A DNA stretch of 64,000 bases, taken from positions 110,794,001-110,858,000 of the forward strand of contig OX597819.1 of the NCBI GenBank assembly GCA_951406725.2. The letters run 5' to 3'. Under the pieces are notes generated by a model. The model searched no databases, was not told the DNA's origin, and was given only the letters and a program-made list of their open reading frames with translations. Below are positions 38,726 to 52,878 of this stretch, piece after piece (position 1 is the first letter of the stretch; each line of letters begins with the position of its first letter). The position numbers and the translations under genes are program-made. This DNA is from Octopus vulgaris (lineage: Eukaryota).

Positions 38726-39421
38726 TTGTTTGTATGTATGTATGTATGTATGTATGTATGTATGTATGTATGTATGTATGTATGTATGTATGGATGTATG
38801 CATTTATGTATGTATGTATGTATGGATGTATGGATGTATGCATGTATGTATGTATGTATGTATGTATGTATGGATGGATGGATGGATGGATGGATGGATG
38901 GATGGACGGATGGATGGATGGATGGGTAGGTGGATGCTTGCATGCGTAATATGCGTAATAAAATTTACCAATAGCTCCTCTTTCGTAATTTCGATCACAC
39001 AGAGGATCTCTCCAGTCAGCCACAGCAATAAAACTAACCATGTACGGTTACAGAAATTGCTTTAAGTAAACAACAAGGACAATAGCTGAATCAACGATAC
39101 AATTAACGGCGAAAGCAAAAACAATACCAAAGAGTATAACTTCTATTTGGTCTCTAACTTTTGAACTTAACCTTTCAGTTGACCTTCATAATGCAAGCAA
39201 TCGAAGTCAACTATCATGATTTGTGAATTCCGAAATGCTCTGTAACGAAATATAATACCACACAAGTGTTAGTGATGGTGTAGTACGATGACGAATGGTC
39301 AAAATCATTAGAATGTCGAAGGAAATGCTTTGCGTGTCCTCAGTTCTCGATCTCTGCGTTTGAGTTCAGATCTCGAGGGATTGATATGTAAGTGCCAGTT
39401 AAGTATGGGAATGGATTCTTT

Positions 39422-39502
<81 letters not shown>

Positions 39503-39625
39503 AGATAGCACGATAGATATACACATATATGTATATGTGTGTGTATGTGTGTGTGTGTGTATGTGTATTTATATATGCATACATATGTAATTATATATGT
39601 ATGTATGTATATAAATATATATGTA

Positions 39626-39773
<148 letters not shown>

Positions 39774-39788
39774 CATATACATATATAT

Positions 39789-39876
<88 letters not shown>

Positions 39877-39886
39877 ATATATATAA

Positions 39887-40986
39887 TTGTAGTCGAAGGA
39901 GTCAAATCCAGCCCGGCCAAAGTGTCCCACAAGGCACTGTGTTGGGCCCACTTCTCTTCATCATCTACATAAATGATATTACTGACACCATCAAACACAG
40001 TAACATCAGAACCTTCGCTGATGATTCCAAGCTCCAGAAGGTCATCAATGGCGTGGATGACCGAATAAGCCTTCAGTCAGACCTACTGGCTGTTGTCCAA
40101 TGGGCAGAAAAGAATAACATGTTGCTAAACGAAGACAAATTCGAACTGATCCACTTTGGAAGGGAGGACGCTCTGAAACTCCCATGCTCCCTTCCTTCTG
40201 GAGAAATTCTCATGGCGTCCAACAACATCAGAGACTTGGGAGTAACAGTGGACAACAACATAAGCTGGGCTACACATATAAGCAGCAAAGTTGACATGGC
40301 CCGCAGAATGTGTTCCTGGATTCTCAGAACTTTCCAGTCGAGAGATTCCCACACTATTATCCTTCTCTTCTCCACTTTTGCCCGACCCCACCTTGAATAC
40401 TGTTGTCCACTGTGGTCTCCCTACACAAAACAAAATATTATGAGAATTGAAGCTCCCCAAAGGTCAATCACAAAAAAGATAGATGGCATGTCAGACCTTG
40501 ACTACTGGGGTAGACTAGAGAAGCTGAAACTGTATTCACTCCAACGACGCCGTGAACGCTACATTATCTGTATGATGTGGAAAATATTCCATCAGCACTG
40601 TCCGAATGATGTTGGCATCACCTTCAAAATACATCCAAGGCTTGGACCACGTTCCATCCGTCCACAACAAAAATCTAAATCGCATCACATAACGACAATA
40701 CGGCACAACTATTTCACCTCAATTGGACCCGCTCTCTTCAACATTACACCAGGACACGTCAAAAAAGAAACTGACCACACAAAATTCAAGAAGTCTTTGG
40801 ACAAATTCCTTCAAACAGTCCTGAACAAACCACCCACACCCGGATATGTCTCCGCAAACAATAACTCTCTGCTCGAATGGGCCTCGGTGCCCAAATCCTG
40901 AATTGAAAGACTTCGCCAGGTGGTGCTATTAAGTTAGACATGGCCTGGGCCAATACTGGCCAAAACCTTTCTAAGTTATTCTAAGT
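39887..40986 (+). mobile_element. 5'-truncated CR1-group LINE with 15-bp TSD
   Basis: TSD TAATTATATATATAA at 39872-39886 and 40987-41001; short repeat tail TTCTAAGT x2; 3' stem-loop CCAGG...CCTGG. Confidence 0.9.
39921..40901 (+). CDS. CR1-group ORF2 C-terminal RT fragment
   Basis: [47 protein letters not shown]; 10-nt deletion near the 5' end relative to the 49 kb copy. Confidence 0.88.
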   Translation, partial: SVPQGTVLGPLLFIIYINDITDTIKHSNIRTFADDSKLQKVINGVDDRISLQSDLLAVVQWAEKNNMLLNEDKFELIHFGREDALKLPCSLPSGEILMASNNIRDLGVTVDNNISWATHISSKVDMARRMCSWILRTFQSRDSHTIILLFSTFARPHLEYCCPLWSPYTKQNIMRIEAPQRSITKKIDGMSDLDYWGRLEKLKLYSLQRRRERYIICMMWKIFHQHCPNDVGITFKIHPRLGPRSIRPQQKSKSHHITTIRHNYFTSIGPALFNITPGHVKKETDHTKFKKSLDKFLQTVLNKPPTPGYVSANNNSLLEWASVPKS

Positions 40987-41016
40987 TAATTATATATATA
41001 AATATATATATATATA

Positions 41017-41237
41017 ACGGGAAAGTTTACGAAAATAAACAAAAGACGAAGGCAGGTGGAGTACAAACAAACAAATGTATTAGTATAGCGCTCAGGAATA
41101 GAACTAGAAAAAGTCTTTTACGTTTCGAGCCTACGCTCTTCGACAGAAAGACACACAGAAAAAAACAAGGAGAGAAACAAGGAGAGAAAAAAAAGGAGAG
41201 AAAAAATGCGTGTAGGAGCTAACGATCTATCATGGCG
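41017..41237 (-). mobile_element. Small repeat (family D) carrying a minimal hammerhead variant
   Basis: Related copies at ~3800-3960, 57028-57220 and 63290-63495; shared TTTCGAGCCTACGCTCTTCGACAGAAAG. Confidence 0.7.
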
Positions 41238-41247
41238 TCCTGACTTC

Positions 41248-41884
41248 TAGAGAAAAACCACTATTATGCAATTCAAACAATGATAAACGGAAAATCATAC
41301 CATATAAAAAAAAATAAAATATATGATACGACAGTTATCTAGGTCACAATAAAGTAAATAATAATAAATAAACAGTATATAATTAGTAAATAGACTACGT
41401 ACGCGTCGTGGCTATATTCTCAATTCAATTTTAAAATATATTTTAATTAGTTGGACTCATATTTTTCCAGTAAAGATTTACTATAGTTTGTTTAGATTAT
41501 TCTCAAAGTTAAAATATATCTTCACAGATAAAATACATATTTCTATCTGTTTTCTGTGTTTTTTTTTTGTTAGGTTTTTTACGTGAAAAATGTATTATAA
41601 ACACTTGGTCCTACTTCTTAAGTTTAAAATTTAGTTAACGGAATCTCTTCTATTAGAAGAATCATGTTTTTATTTCTTGAAGAAATATTATTTAATTCTG
41701 TTTGATTATTTATTAAAAACATGTATTTATTTAACTATTATTGTTACTTTTGTTGATCTGAGGAGTGATTATATTTTAAAATTGAATTGCTTTTGGGTCG
41801 ATTAATTGTAATTGTAATTTAATTGTAATTCGAATTGAAGATATAGCCACGAAACGTACGTAGTCTATTTACTAATTATATACT

Positions 41885-41890
<6 letters not shown>
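41248..41890. mobile_element. Penelope-like remnant with inverted arms
   Basis: 41368-41426 and ~41833-41890 are inverted repeats; the right arm overlaps a hammerhead. Confidence 0.65.
41752..41868 (+). ncRNA. Type-I hammerhead ribozyme
   Basis: CUGAGGA at 41758-41764; helix II GUGAUUAUAUUUU...GAAUUGC / GUAAUUC...AAGAUAUAGCCAC; GAAAC at 41851-41855; palindromic GUAC; GUA at 41860-41862; helix I GAU/GUC. Confidence 0.78.
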
Positions 41891-41947
<57 letters not shown>

Positions 41948-42049
41948 AGTTTATATATATATAGTTAATCCAAACAAGAAAACACAAAAAAATCACAGCA
42001 ACGCGAGGACGTGGAACAAATAAAGTATATATATATATATATATATATA

Positions 42050-42212
42050 CAATGGGCTTCATTCAGTTTCGCCTAGCGTATCCACTCACAAGGCTTTGGT
42101 CGGCCCGAGGTTGTAGTAGAAGACACTTGTCCAAGGTGCCACGCCGATGGACTGAACCCGGATCCATGTAGTTGGGAAGCAAGCTTCTTACCACACACCC
42201 ACTCCTACACCT
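42050..42212 (-). mobile_element. SINE family A, 5' half
   Basis: GGCTTCATTCAGTTTC...ACACTTGTCCAAGGTGCC...TTCTTACCACAC. Confidence 0.8.
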
Positions 42213-42578
42213 AAACAGAGTTTGTCTTCGGCACAGAACCGGCCGATTGATTATGAAAATATTCTTGATATAATAGATGCCTATAATTAATGTTCAATAT
42301 GCAAACGTCAGAAATGTGAATCTGAGGACTTGACATTCTAACGTTCTGGCAGTGAAAATCTACAGGAAAATTCTGTCTAATCCACTATGAGGCGAACAGC
42401 ACGCCACAGCCTTAAGATGTATCTGGGACAACCTGCAAAATTGATGAATGTGAATTTGGAAATATTATTGCACCAACCGAAATAATTGTGGTCTGATATG
42501 GAGATATGAAAGATAACAATTTAATGAACAGATTAAATTAGAAAATAGTAGAGATGCAATATATATACCTCTATAGAT

Positions 42579-42799
42579 CTTTACTTATTTCAGTCATTTG
42601 ACTGTGGCCATGCTGGAGCCTGCCTCAAAGGGTTTTAGTTGAAGAAATCGACCCCAGGATTTATTCTTTGTATGACTACTAATTACTCTATCGGGCGCTT
42701 TTTGCGGAATCGCTAATTTACAGAGACGTAAACACACCAACATCGGTTTTCAAGCGATGGTGGGGCGACAAGCACAAACAGACACACAAATAAACACAC

Positions 42800-42877
<78 letters not shown>

Positions 42878-43035
42878 GATGGGCTTCATCCAGTTTCCAT
42901 CTACTAAATCTTCTCACAAGGCTTTGGTCAGCTCCAGGCTATGGTAGAAGACACTTGCACAAGTTGTCACACAGTGTAACTGAACGCGGAACCATGTAGT
43001 TGGGAATCAAGCTTCTCTCACAGGCACGCCTGCGC
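42579..43035 (-). mobile_element. SINE family A
   Basis: Tail, internal (CA)n(TA)n and head are all recognisable. Confidence 0.82.
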
Positions 43036-43058
43036 GTATATGTTTATATATATATACA

Positions 43059-43183
<125 letters not shown>

Positions 43184-43377
43184 AATATATGTATATTTAC
43201 ATATATACACATATGTATGTATATATATATACACGTCTACACATATAAATATATATACATATACACATATGTGTATATATATATATGGTTTTTTAAAAAT
43301 ATGCTAGGCCACTGGTTTTAATTGATTAATATAAATTTCTACCCTTATTTAATTTTATCTATCTATCTATCTATATG

Positions 43378-43433
<56 letters not shown>

Positions 43434-43464
43434 CACACACACACATATATATATATATATACAT

Positions 43465-43517
<53 letters not shown>

Positions 43518-44439
43518 TACATATATATATATACGTTTATATATATTCATATTCATATGTATATATGGGTACTTATATATACACACGTAAACATACATAT
43601 GTGTAATATACATGCATATATATATATATATGTATACGCACACATATACATAATCTTGTGTGTGTGCGTATGTATGTAGATATGCATAATAAATGTGCAT
43701 ATGTAAAACTATGCCTATCCATATATGAATACACACACGCACACACACGTATGGATGTATTTATGTACCTCTACTAAATAGTGTTACTTTATGAGACAAC
43801 ACAATAAATCCCGCCCCACTCCCCATCCAATCTATTCCATCATACGTAACTTATCATTTGACCCTCCATCACTACCACCACCACCACCACCACCACTACC
43901 ACCTCCATCATCATCACCACCATCACCACCTCCACCACCCTCATTTCACAACTCATACCACGCCATATCCCTTCATGTGCGTCTCACACCTTCACCTCTA
44001 TACCGCCAACCCCCAGCCCACAACACTACGTTCCCAACACTACGTTCCCACCACCGCCACCACCACCACCACCACCACCCCTATAGAAATCCGACACTCT
44101 CTTCCGGCTCAATTATGTCGCTATTATATAATTTGTATATAAGTTTTTCTAATTCTCTTTCTCACTCCGCCTCACCATCACCCCACCACTGGTGCCCACA
44201 CCACCACCATTGACACAATCGCCACCAATACCACTACCAGCGACACTGCCACCGTTTTATTCTATATCGTACCATACCATCTGATTCATAGACGACCAAC
44301 ATGGCGACCACATAAAATACCATCCCGGTCATCAGCATTTCCATAACCAGCATCAACATTAATGTAGTCAGTGCTACCGTCACCATCTCGCCCTATGCTC
44401 AACCACCTTTAAGCCACTCTTATATCCATGACAATAGCA

Positions 44440-45060
44440 TCAAAACTACTACCACCACCATCACCACCAACAACAATAACAACACAATCATAACCACCAC
44501 CACCACAATAACCAACACCACAATAACCTCTAGCACCACCGCAGTAACCAACATTACAATAACCACTAGTACCACAACAATGATCACCACCACCACCACC
44601 ACTACGACAAAAACCAATACCTCTACAGTAACGAGCACCAGTAGCACCACCACCACTACCACTACCACTACAATAACCAACACCACCAGCACAATAACCA
44701 CCACAATAAGCAATACCACTACATTAACGAGCACCACTACCACCACCACCACCAACACAACCTCAATAACCAATGCCACTACATTAACGAGCACCATTAC
44801 CACCACCACCAGCACCACAATAACCAATACCACTACAGTAACGAGCACCACTAGCAACACCACTACTACCACCACCACCACCACCACCACCACCACAATA
44901 ACCAATACCACTACAGTAACGAGCACCACTAGTACCACCACTAACACCGCAACTACTACCACCACCACGATAACCAATACCACTACAGTAACAACACCAC
45001 TAGCACCACCACCACTACCACCATCACCACCACCACCACCACCACCATCACAAACACCAA
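44440..45060. repeat. ACC-rich minisatellite with ~60-bp higher-order unit
   Basis: Recurring ACAATAACCAATACCACTACAGTAACGAGCACC. Confidence 0.8.
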
Positions 45061-45368
45061 CAACGTGTACACCGAAATCAACACCTCTAACACGACAACG
45101 ACAACGACCAGCGTCAGCCTTCATTGTCATCACCATCATCGTCAGCACTATCGTAACACACCGCCATTGTTATAGCCAGCATCATCGCAAAATCCATCAC
45201 CTGCATCATTAGCGCCATCACTTCAACGCAACCATCAACACCATGACCATTATTACAATCACCCCTACGTTCACCGTAACCGCATCACTATCACCGCAAG
45301 CACCATCACTACCATCAGCATAATTGCAACCACAATCATCATCATCATCATTGGTATAAAAACTAAAC

Positions 45369-45690
45369 TGGCTCTTCGTCGGTTGCGACGGCGAGGGTTC
45401 TGCTAGATCTGATGAACGGAACAGCCTGCAAATGAAATTAACGTGCAAGTGGCTGAGCACTCCACAGACCATTGTACCCTTAACGTAGTTCTCAGGGAGA
45501 TTCAGCGTGACACAATGTGACAAGGCCGGTCCTTTGAAATACAAGAACTACACATGTTTGCCCGCTGAGTGGACTGGAGCAACGTGAAATAAAGCGTCTT
45601 GCCCAAGGCCACAAGGCACATTGGTGGGAATCGAACTAACGACCTTATAATCGTGAGTCGAGTACTTTAATCACAAAGCCTCGAGCCTTT
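45369..45690 (-). mobile_element. SINE family B2
   Basis: CGTCGGTTGCGACGGCGAGGGTTC...ACGTGCAAGTGGCTGAGCACTCCACAGAC...GCTGAGTGGACTGGAGC. Confidence 0.82.
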
Positions 45691-45847
45691 TACTAGTATC
45701 ACTAGTAACATTGGTACCACTATAATAAACCACATTATTACCACTGCAGCACCACAGTTATCTCACAGCATTAGTTTACCTGCTGTTGTATGCGTCACCA
45801 TCATCACCACCACCACCACCACCACCACCACCATCACCACCACCACC

Positions 45848-45881
<34 letters not shown>

Positions 45882-46074
45882 CTAAAACTATGACCTCTAG
45901 CGCTACGTAAACCACCATCGCCATCATCATGATCATCATGATCATCATGATCATCATCATCACCTTCAGGATCAACACCATTAAATCACGGGGAAAATTA
46001 TTTTCACAACAAAGAAAATAGAAAGAAAGAAAGAAAGAAATGCAGCTCTAAGACTCTCCGATTCACCATCAATT

Positions 46075-46094
<20 letters not shown>

Positions 46095-46113
<19 letters not shown>

Positions 46114-46333
46114 GTGTCTATCTTTGTCTTTGTGTCTGTGCTAGCCTCCCCCCCCCCCATCGCTTGACAACCGATGCTGGTGTGTTTACGTCTCTGTAAA
46201 TTAGCGGTTCGGCAAAAAGCGATCGATAGAGTAATTAGTAGTCATACAGAGAATAAATCATGGGGTCGATTTCTTCGACTAAAACCCTTTGAGGCGGGCT
46301 ACAGCATGGCCGCAGTCAAATGACTGAAACAAC
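46095..46333 (+). mobile_element. SINE family A, 3' half
   Basis: CATCGCTTGACAACCGATGCTGG...CAGCATGGCCGCAGTCAAATGACTGAAAC. Confidence 0.8.
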
Positions 46334-47614
46334 CTCACCACGATTAAGCCAGTGAGATAGCCACCCTCATTACTACGGCAATAGTACTACCAGAAACACC
46401 ACCACCATCTCTTCTACTGTTACCACCACCACTACGCTCAAAACCAACCCATCCCCCGTCCGTCCGCAAATAATACCCCTTTCATCATCATCATTTAACT
46501 AAGGTGAAAAACCACTTTCAAAACTACAATGTCACTCACAATCTCCCCCACCATCAACATTATCATTAATCTCATCATCATCATTAATCTCAATACCATC
46601 ATCACCATCACTACCACCACCACTTAATACCATGAAAACTACCACCGTTAAGCCACGACTTGAAATCCCTCTCAAAACCACAAAACCGCGGCAACCACCA
46701 CCATCGCCACCATCACCTCAACACGACAAAAAGAACAAAAACAAAGCCATTCTGAAAACTGCAACAATACCACCAAAACCCGTACCACCACCAGCGACAC
46801 CACGACCAACACCAGAATCAGCACTTCCATTACAATCATGACCACCATCACCGACACCACCATCACCGTCGTCATCACTATAACCTTCGCCTCCGTCACC
46901 ATCACCGTCACCGCCATCACCTTTACCGTTAGCAGCATCGCCACACTGTCACCGCCAACACCACGATCAACAACAACACCTCTAGCACTATAATCACCAT
47001 TTCCCTTCAAAACCGCTAAATTCCGGTCCAGAGACGAAAGTTTGCGCAAGTCGGCCGGCTATTGACAAAAGACATCAACTCCAATACATATTGAATTAGA
47101 TTTGTTATACTCAATTTCCACACACAATGGAATCTTCCGCTTCCGGAATAGACAAAGCTACCATAGAGATTGACCAATACGTCGAACAGCGTCGAGTAGG
47201 GATAACTTTCTACTTTCACTTTTTCTACTTTCACTTTCGTTTTCTCCTTTTACTTTAATTACGTCATCATTTTCTTTCCCTTCTTCCTGTTTTTTCTTCG
47301 TCTTCTATGGCTGTCGTCTTTAGGTATTTATTGCTATTTCTCTTATAAATGCTCATGTTATTGTAACTTTCGCTGCGGTTATTGACATCGTATTTTTTTC
47401 CTTTTCGTTGTGTATTTCTGGTAAAGTTGTTGTTGCTACTGTTCTTGTTGCAATTATTAAATGTTACTATTGCTATTATTGTTGTCGTTGTTGTTGAATT
47501 TCTTGTTATTGTTACGCATATTCTGAAGATAATAATACATTTTGCATTTCGTTCCTTTTGTTGCTGCAACTCTGCGGTCGAGCATATTTCTTTGACTTCC
47601 GCCTTATAACAAAA

Positions 47615-47970
47615 TCTTCTTCTTCTTCTTCTTCTTCTTCTTCTTCTTCTTCTTCTTCTTCTTCTTCTTCTTCTTCTTCTTCTTCTTCTTCTTCTTCTTC
47701 TTCTTCTTCTTCTTTCTTCTTCTTCTTCTTCTTCTTCTTCTTCTTCTTCTTCTTCTTCTTCTTCTTCTTCTTCTTCTTCTTCTTCTTCTTCTTCTTCTTC
47801 TTCTTCTTCTTCTTCTTCTTCTTCTTCTTCTTCTTCTTCTTCTTCTTCTTCTTCTCTTTCTTCTTTTTCTTCTTCTTCTTCTTCTTCTTCTTCTTTCTTC
47901 TTCTTCTGCTTCTTCTCCTTCCTCTCTTTCTTCTTTTTCTTCTTCTTCTTCTTCTTCTTCTTCTTCTTCT
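47615..47970. repeat. Long (TTC)n microsatellite
   Basis: Direct reading; homopurine/homopyrimidine tract of ~350 bp. Confidence 0.95.
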
Positions 47971-48003
47971 CCTATATATGCACACACAGACACACACACA
48001 CAT

Positions 48004-48071
<68 letters not shown>

Positions 48072-48073
48072 GT

Positions 48074-48312
48074 TCTTTTATTCTTTTTCTTGTTTCAGTC
48101 ATTTGACTGTGGCTATACTGCAACACCGCATTTAATCGAGCAAACCGACCCCAGGACTTATTCTTTGTATGCTTAGTACTTATCCTATGTGACTCTTTTG
48201 TCGAACCACTAAGTTACAGTGACATAAACACACCACCATCGGTTGTCAGGCGATGTTGTGGGGACAAACACAGAGACAAAAACATAGACTCACACACACA
48301 CACACACACACG

Positions 48313-48346
<34 letters not shown>

Positions 48347-48491
48347 CGACAGACTTCTTTCAGTTTCCGTCTAACAAATTCACTCACAAGGTTTTGGTCG
48401 GCCTGAGGCTATAGCAAAAGACACTTGTCCAAGGTGCCATGCAGTGGGACTGAACCCAGAACCATGTGGCTGGTAAGCAAGCTACTTACCA
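48074..48491 (-). mobile_element. SINE family A
   Basis: Tail, internal microsatellite and head present. Confidence 0.85.
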
Positions 48492-48535
48492 CGAGTGCGC
48501 GCGTGTGTGATGTGCGTGTATCTATGCATATGCAC

Positions 48536-48566
<31 letters not shown>

Positions 48567-48800
48567 CGCGTGTGCGTATATGTATATATGTATGAACACA
48601 CATTCCTTTACTTGTTTCAGTTATTTGACTGCGGCCATGCTGGAGCGCCGCCTTTAGTCGAACAAATCGACCACAGTTCTTATTCTTTGTAAGCCTATTA
48701 CTTATTCTATCGGTCTCTTTAGACGACAGGAGAGTTAAAAAAAACAGCATCGGTTGTCAAGCAACAGTGGTAGAACAAACAGAGACACAAATACACACAT

Positions 48801-48854
<54 letters not shown>

Positions 48855-48880
48855 CATCTATCTATCTATCTATCTATCTA

Positions 48881-48926
<46 letters not shown>

Positions 48927-48965
48927 TATATATATATATGTATATACATCTATCTATCTATATAT

Positions 48966-50410
48966 CTACCGTCCGATCTCACTCACCTCTCATATCATCA
49001 AGGTATTTGAGAGGGTGGTGAGATCTCGAATAACCCAATTTCTGGAAAGCAACAGACGGCTGATCTCTAACCAACATGGGTTCCGTAATGGAAGGGACTG
49101 CCTAACGCAGCTCCTGCATCACTTTGATGACATTTTGAGAGCTTTGGGAGAGGGCTCCAACACCGATGTCATCTACCTTGATTTCAGTAAGGCCTTCGAC
49201 AGGGTCGATCACAAGATCCTATTGAAAAAACTATCCAACATTGGTGTCTCTGGAAAGTTACTGAAATGGATCAAGTGTTTCCTGACAGACAGATCTCAAC
49301 ATGTTGTAGTTGAAGGGGTAAAATCAAGTCCAGCCAAAGTCAGTAGTGGCGTTCCGCAAGGCACTGTGCTGGGCCCACTTCTTTTCATCATTTACATTAA
49401 TGACATTAATGACATCATCAAGCACAGCAACATAAAAATCTTTGCAGATGATTCCAAGCTACAGAAGGTCATAAATGAGGCGAGTGACCGGACATGCCTT
49501 CAGTCAGATCTACTGGCTGTTATCCAATGGGCAGAAAAAAACAATATGCTGCTGAACGAGGATAAATTTGAGTTAATCCACTTTGAAAAAGAGGATGCCC
49601 TGAAACTCCCATACTCCCTTCCTTCAGGTGAAACTCTCGCGGCGTCCAACAACATCAGAGACTTGGGAGTAATTGTGGACAACAACATAAGCTGGGCCAC
49701 TCATATAAACACCAAAGTTGACATGGCCCGCAGAATGTGTTCCTGGATTCTCAGAACTTTCCAGTCGAGAGATATCCACACCATTATCCTTCTCTTCTCC
49801 ACTTTTGCCCGACCCCACCTTGAATACTGTTGTCCACTGTGGTCTCCCCACACAATAAAAGGTATCATAAAAGTTGAAGCACCTCAAAGGGCAATCACAA
49901 AAAAGATAGATGGCATGACAGGCCTCGACTATTGGGGTCGACTAGAAAAGCTAAAGCTTTATTCTCTCCAACGTCGTCGTGAGCGCTACATCATCTGCAT
50001 GATGTGGAAAATATTCCATCAGCATTGCCCAAATGATGTTGGCATCACCTTTAAGGTACATCCAAGGCTTGGGCCCCGTGCCATCCGCCCAAAACAAAAA
50101 TCGCACTCTCATCTCATAACAACAATACGGCACAATTATTTCACCTCAATTGGTCCCGCTCTCTTTAACATAACACCAAAACACATTAAAACAGAAACTG
50201 ACCCTATAGGGTTCAAGAAGTCTCTGGACAGATTCCTTCAAGAAATCCCGGATAAACCCCCTACACCCGGATATGTCTCTGTAAACAATAACTCTCTACT
50301 TGAGTGGGCCATAGTGCCCAAATTCTGACTTGAAAGACTTCACCAGGTGGTGCTATTAAGTTAGACATGGCCTGGGCCAATAATGGCCGAAACCTATCAA
50401 AGTATCAAAG

Positions 50411-50411
<1 letters not shown>
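48966..50411 (+). mobile_element. 5'-truncated CR1-group LINE
   Basis: RT ORF, 3' UTR stem-loop, (TATCAAAG)2 tail, flanked by (TA)n. Confidence 0.9.
48967..50328 (+). CDS. CR1-group ORF2 fragment with complete RT domain
   Basis: [47 protein letters not shown]; no stops. The upstream part of the listed ORF is microsatellite. Confidence 0.92.
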   Translation, partial: YRPISLTSHIIKVFERVVRSRITQFLESNRRLISNQHGFRNGRDCLTQLLHHFDDILRALGEGSNTDVIYLDFSKAFDRVDHKILLKKLSNIGVSGKLLKWIKCFLTDRSQHVVVEGVKSSPAKVSSGVPQGTVLGPLLFIIYINDINDIIKHSNIKIFADDSKLQKVINEASDRTCLQSDLLAVIQWAEKNNMLLNEDKFELIHFEKEDALKLPYSLPSGETLAASNNIRDLGVIVDNNISWATHINTKVDMARRMCSWILRTFQSRDIHTIILLFSTFARPHLEYCCPLWSPHTIKGIIKVEAPQRAITKKIDGMTGLDYWGRLEKLKLYSLQRRRERYIICMMWKIFHQHCPNDVGITFKVHPRLGPRAIRPKQKSHSHLITTIRHNYFTSIGPALFNITPKHIKTETDPIGFKKSLDRFLQEIPDKPPTPGYVSVNNNSLLEWAIVPKF

Positions 50412-50495
<84 letters not shown>

Positions 50496-50754
50496 GACGG
50501 GCTTCTTGCAGTTTCCGTCTACCAAATCCACTCGCAAGGTTTTGGTCGGCCCAAAGCTATATAGGAAGACACTTGCCAAAGATGCCGCGCAGTGGGACTG
50601 AGCCCGGAACCATGTGGTTGGGAGGGAAGCTTCTTACCACACAGCCACTCCTGCACCTAAAGTATGCATATAATCATACATTCATTTGTACATATGTACA
50701 TACACACACACCATCTCTCTCTCTTTCACTATATATATATATATATATTTCTCC

Positions 50755-51243
50755 TTTTCTACTCTAGGCACAAGGCCAGAAATGTTGGGGGATGAGGCCA
50801 GTCGATTAGATCTGGTACTTAATTTATCGAGCCCGAAAGGATGAAAGGCAAATTCGACCCCTCAAATGTGAACTCAGAAAGTAAAGAGAGACGAAATACC
50901 TATTTCTTTATTACCCACAAGGGGCTAAACATAGAGGGGACAAACAAGGACAGACATAGGTATTAAGTCGATTACATCGACCCCAGTGCGTAACTGGTAC
51001 TTAATTTATCGACCCCGAAAAGATGTAAGGTAAAGTCGACCTCGGAGGAATTTGAACTCAGAATGTAACGGCAGACGAAATACTGCTAAGCATTTCGCCC
51101 GGCGTGCTAACGACTCTGCCAGCTCGCCGCCTCTTAAAAGGCAAAGTCGACCTCGGGGAAGTTTGAACTCAGATCGTCGCAGCAGACGAAATACTGCTAA
51201 GCATTTTGTCCAGCGTGCTAATGATTCTGCCAGCTCGCTGCCT
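50755..51243 (-). mobile_element. Family C SINE multimer
   Basis: Same units and same GACGAAATAC|CTATTTCTTTA junction as the 15.4-16.2 kb array. Confidence 0.82.
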
Positions 51244-51246
51244 TTT

Positions 51247-51330
<84 letters not shown>

Positions 51331-51962
51331 ATACATACACACACACACATACATATATGTATAAATATGTGTATATATGTGTTTGCGTATGTATGTATGT
51401 ACGTGTGTCTATGTGTGTGTGTGCGTGTGTGTGTGTGTGGTGTGTGTGTGTAGTGTATGTGCCGATAAGTGTCTGTGTATAACAAGCACATAATGATTTA
51501 TAAAAAAGCTTCTTTCATGTGTGCACAGACGGGAAGGACATTACATAAGTAACATTTTGCTTTCTGATTTAATGGACGTATAACTTCAACTATTTGTACA
51601 ACAACAACGACAGCGACAACAACAACAACAAAAGCAACAATAACATGACTAATGTCTCTTAGATGACATCTACTAGTAGCGATACTAGTGGGAAATACTA
51701 TAATCATTAATGCTTACACCAACATCAACAACAACATCGCTCGCTGAAATTGCGTTGAAAATATCAATTGGGTAACATTTGGCCCGACATGTTTTGCATT
51801 TTAAGTGATAGCGAAAAAATGAAAATGTGAATGATGCAAACACACACACACGCACACACAGGCGCACACGCACACACACAGACGCACACGCACACACACA
51901 CGAACACTCACGCACACACACATTCAGACACACACACACATACACATAAAAACATGTGTATT

Positions 51963-52320
51963 ACTCTTTTACTCTTTTACTTGTTTCAGTCATTTGACTG
52001 CGGCCATGCTGGAGCACCGGCTTTAGTCGAGCAAATCGACCCTGGGACTTATTCTTTGTAAGCCCAGTACTTATTCTATCGGTCTCTCTTTTGCCGAACC
52101 GCTAAGTGACGGATGTGTTCCCTCTTGTTTTACTTTTATATGTTTCAGTCATTTGACAGCGGCCACGCATTTAGTCGAACAAATCGACCCCAGGATTTAT
52201 TCATTGTAAGCGTAGTAGTTATTCTATCGGCCTATTTTGCCGAACTGCTAAGTTACAGGGACGTAAACTCGCCAGCATCGGTTGTGAATCAATGGTGGGT
52301 GACAAACACACACACTCAGA
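51963..52320 (-). mobile_element. Two tandem family A 3' halves
   Basis: GTTTCAGTCATTTGAC(T/A)GCGGCCA occurs at 51983 and 52142. Confidence 0.8.
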
Positions 52321-52351
52321 CACACACGCACTCAGACACACAAACACTCAG

Positions 52352-52385
<34 letters not shown>

Positions 52386-52726
52386 ACACACACACATGCG
52401 CGCGCACACACACACACACACAGAGTAGACTCGACACTGAATGATAATCGGTGCGCATTCAAAGCCAGTGAACACCAATGACGATACCGGTTTGACTTTC
52501 AATCTCTTTAACAATTCAAAATAATGAATTTAATTCCTCTTAATTCTACCTCAGTTCATGCAATTGTATTTATTTATCGCTACTTTTCATAAAAAAGCCA
52601 TTATTTTTTATATATTCAATGTGCATTTTTTCTTTTTTTCTTCTTACTTTCCCCATATCTTTTCCACGTGTAGTTTCTATTTTCTTTTTGAAACATTTCT
52701 ATTATATATATATACATATATACTAC

Positions 52727-52878
52727 TGGCTTGTTTCAGTTTCCGACTACCAAACCCACTCACAAAGTTTTGGTCGGCCCGAGGGTATAGTAGAAGATAC
52801 TTGCCCAAGGTTCCACAGAGTGAGACTGAACCCGGAACCATGTGGTTGGTAAGGAAGCTACTTACCACACAGCCACTC
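52727..52878 (-). mobile_element. SINE family A, 5' half
   Basis: TTTCAGTTTCCG...CTTGCCCAAGG...CTTACCACACAGCCACTC. Confidence 0.8.

Larger units (their letters stand above)
48603..50658 (-). mobile_element. SINE family A split by a CR1 insertion in its internal (TA)n
   Basis: 3' half at 48603-48800, 5' half at 50494-50658. Confidence 0.8.

Noticed and set aside
47512-48126. Poly-K/E/R ORFs
   Set aside because: (TTC)n microsatellite translation.
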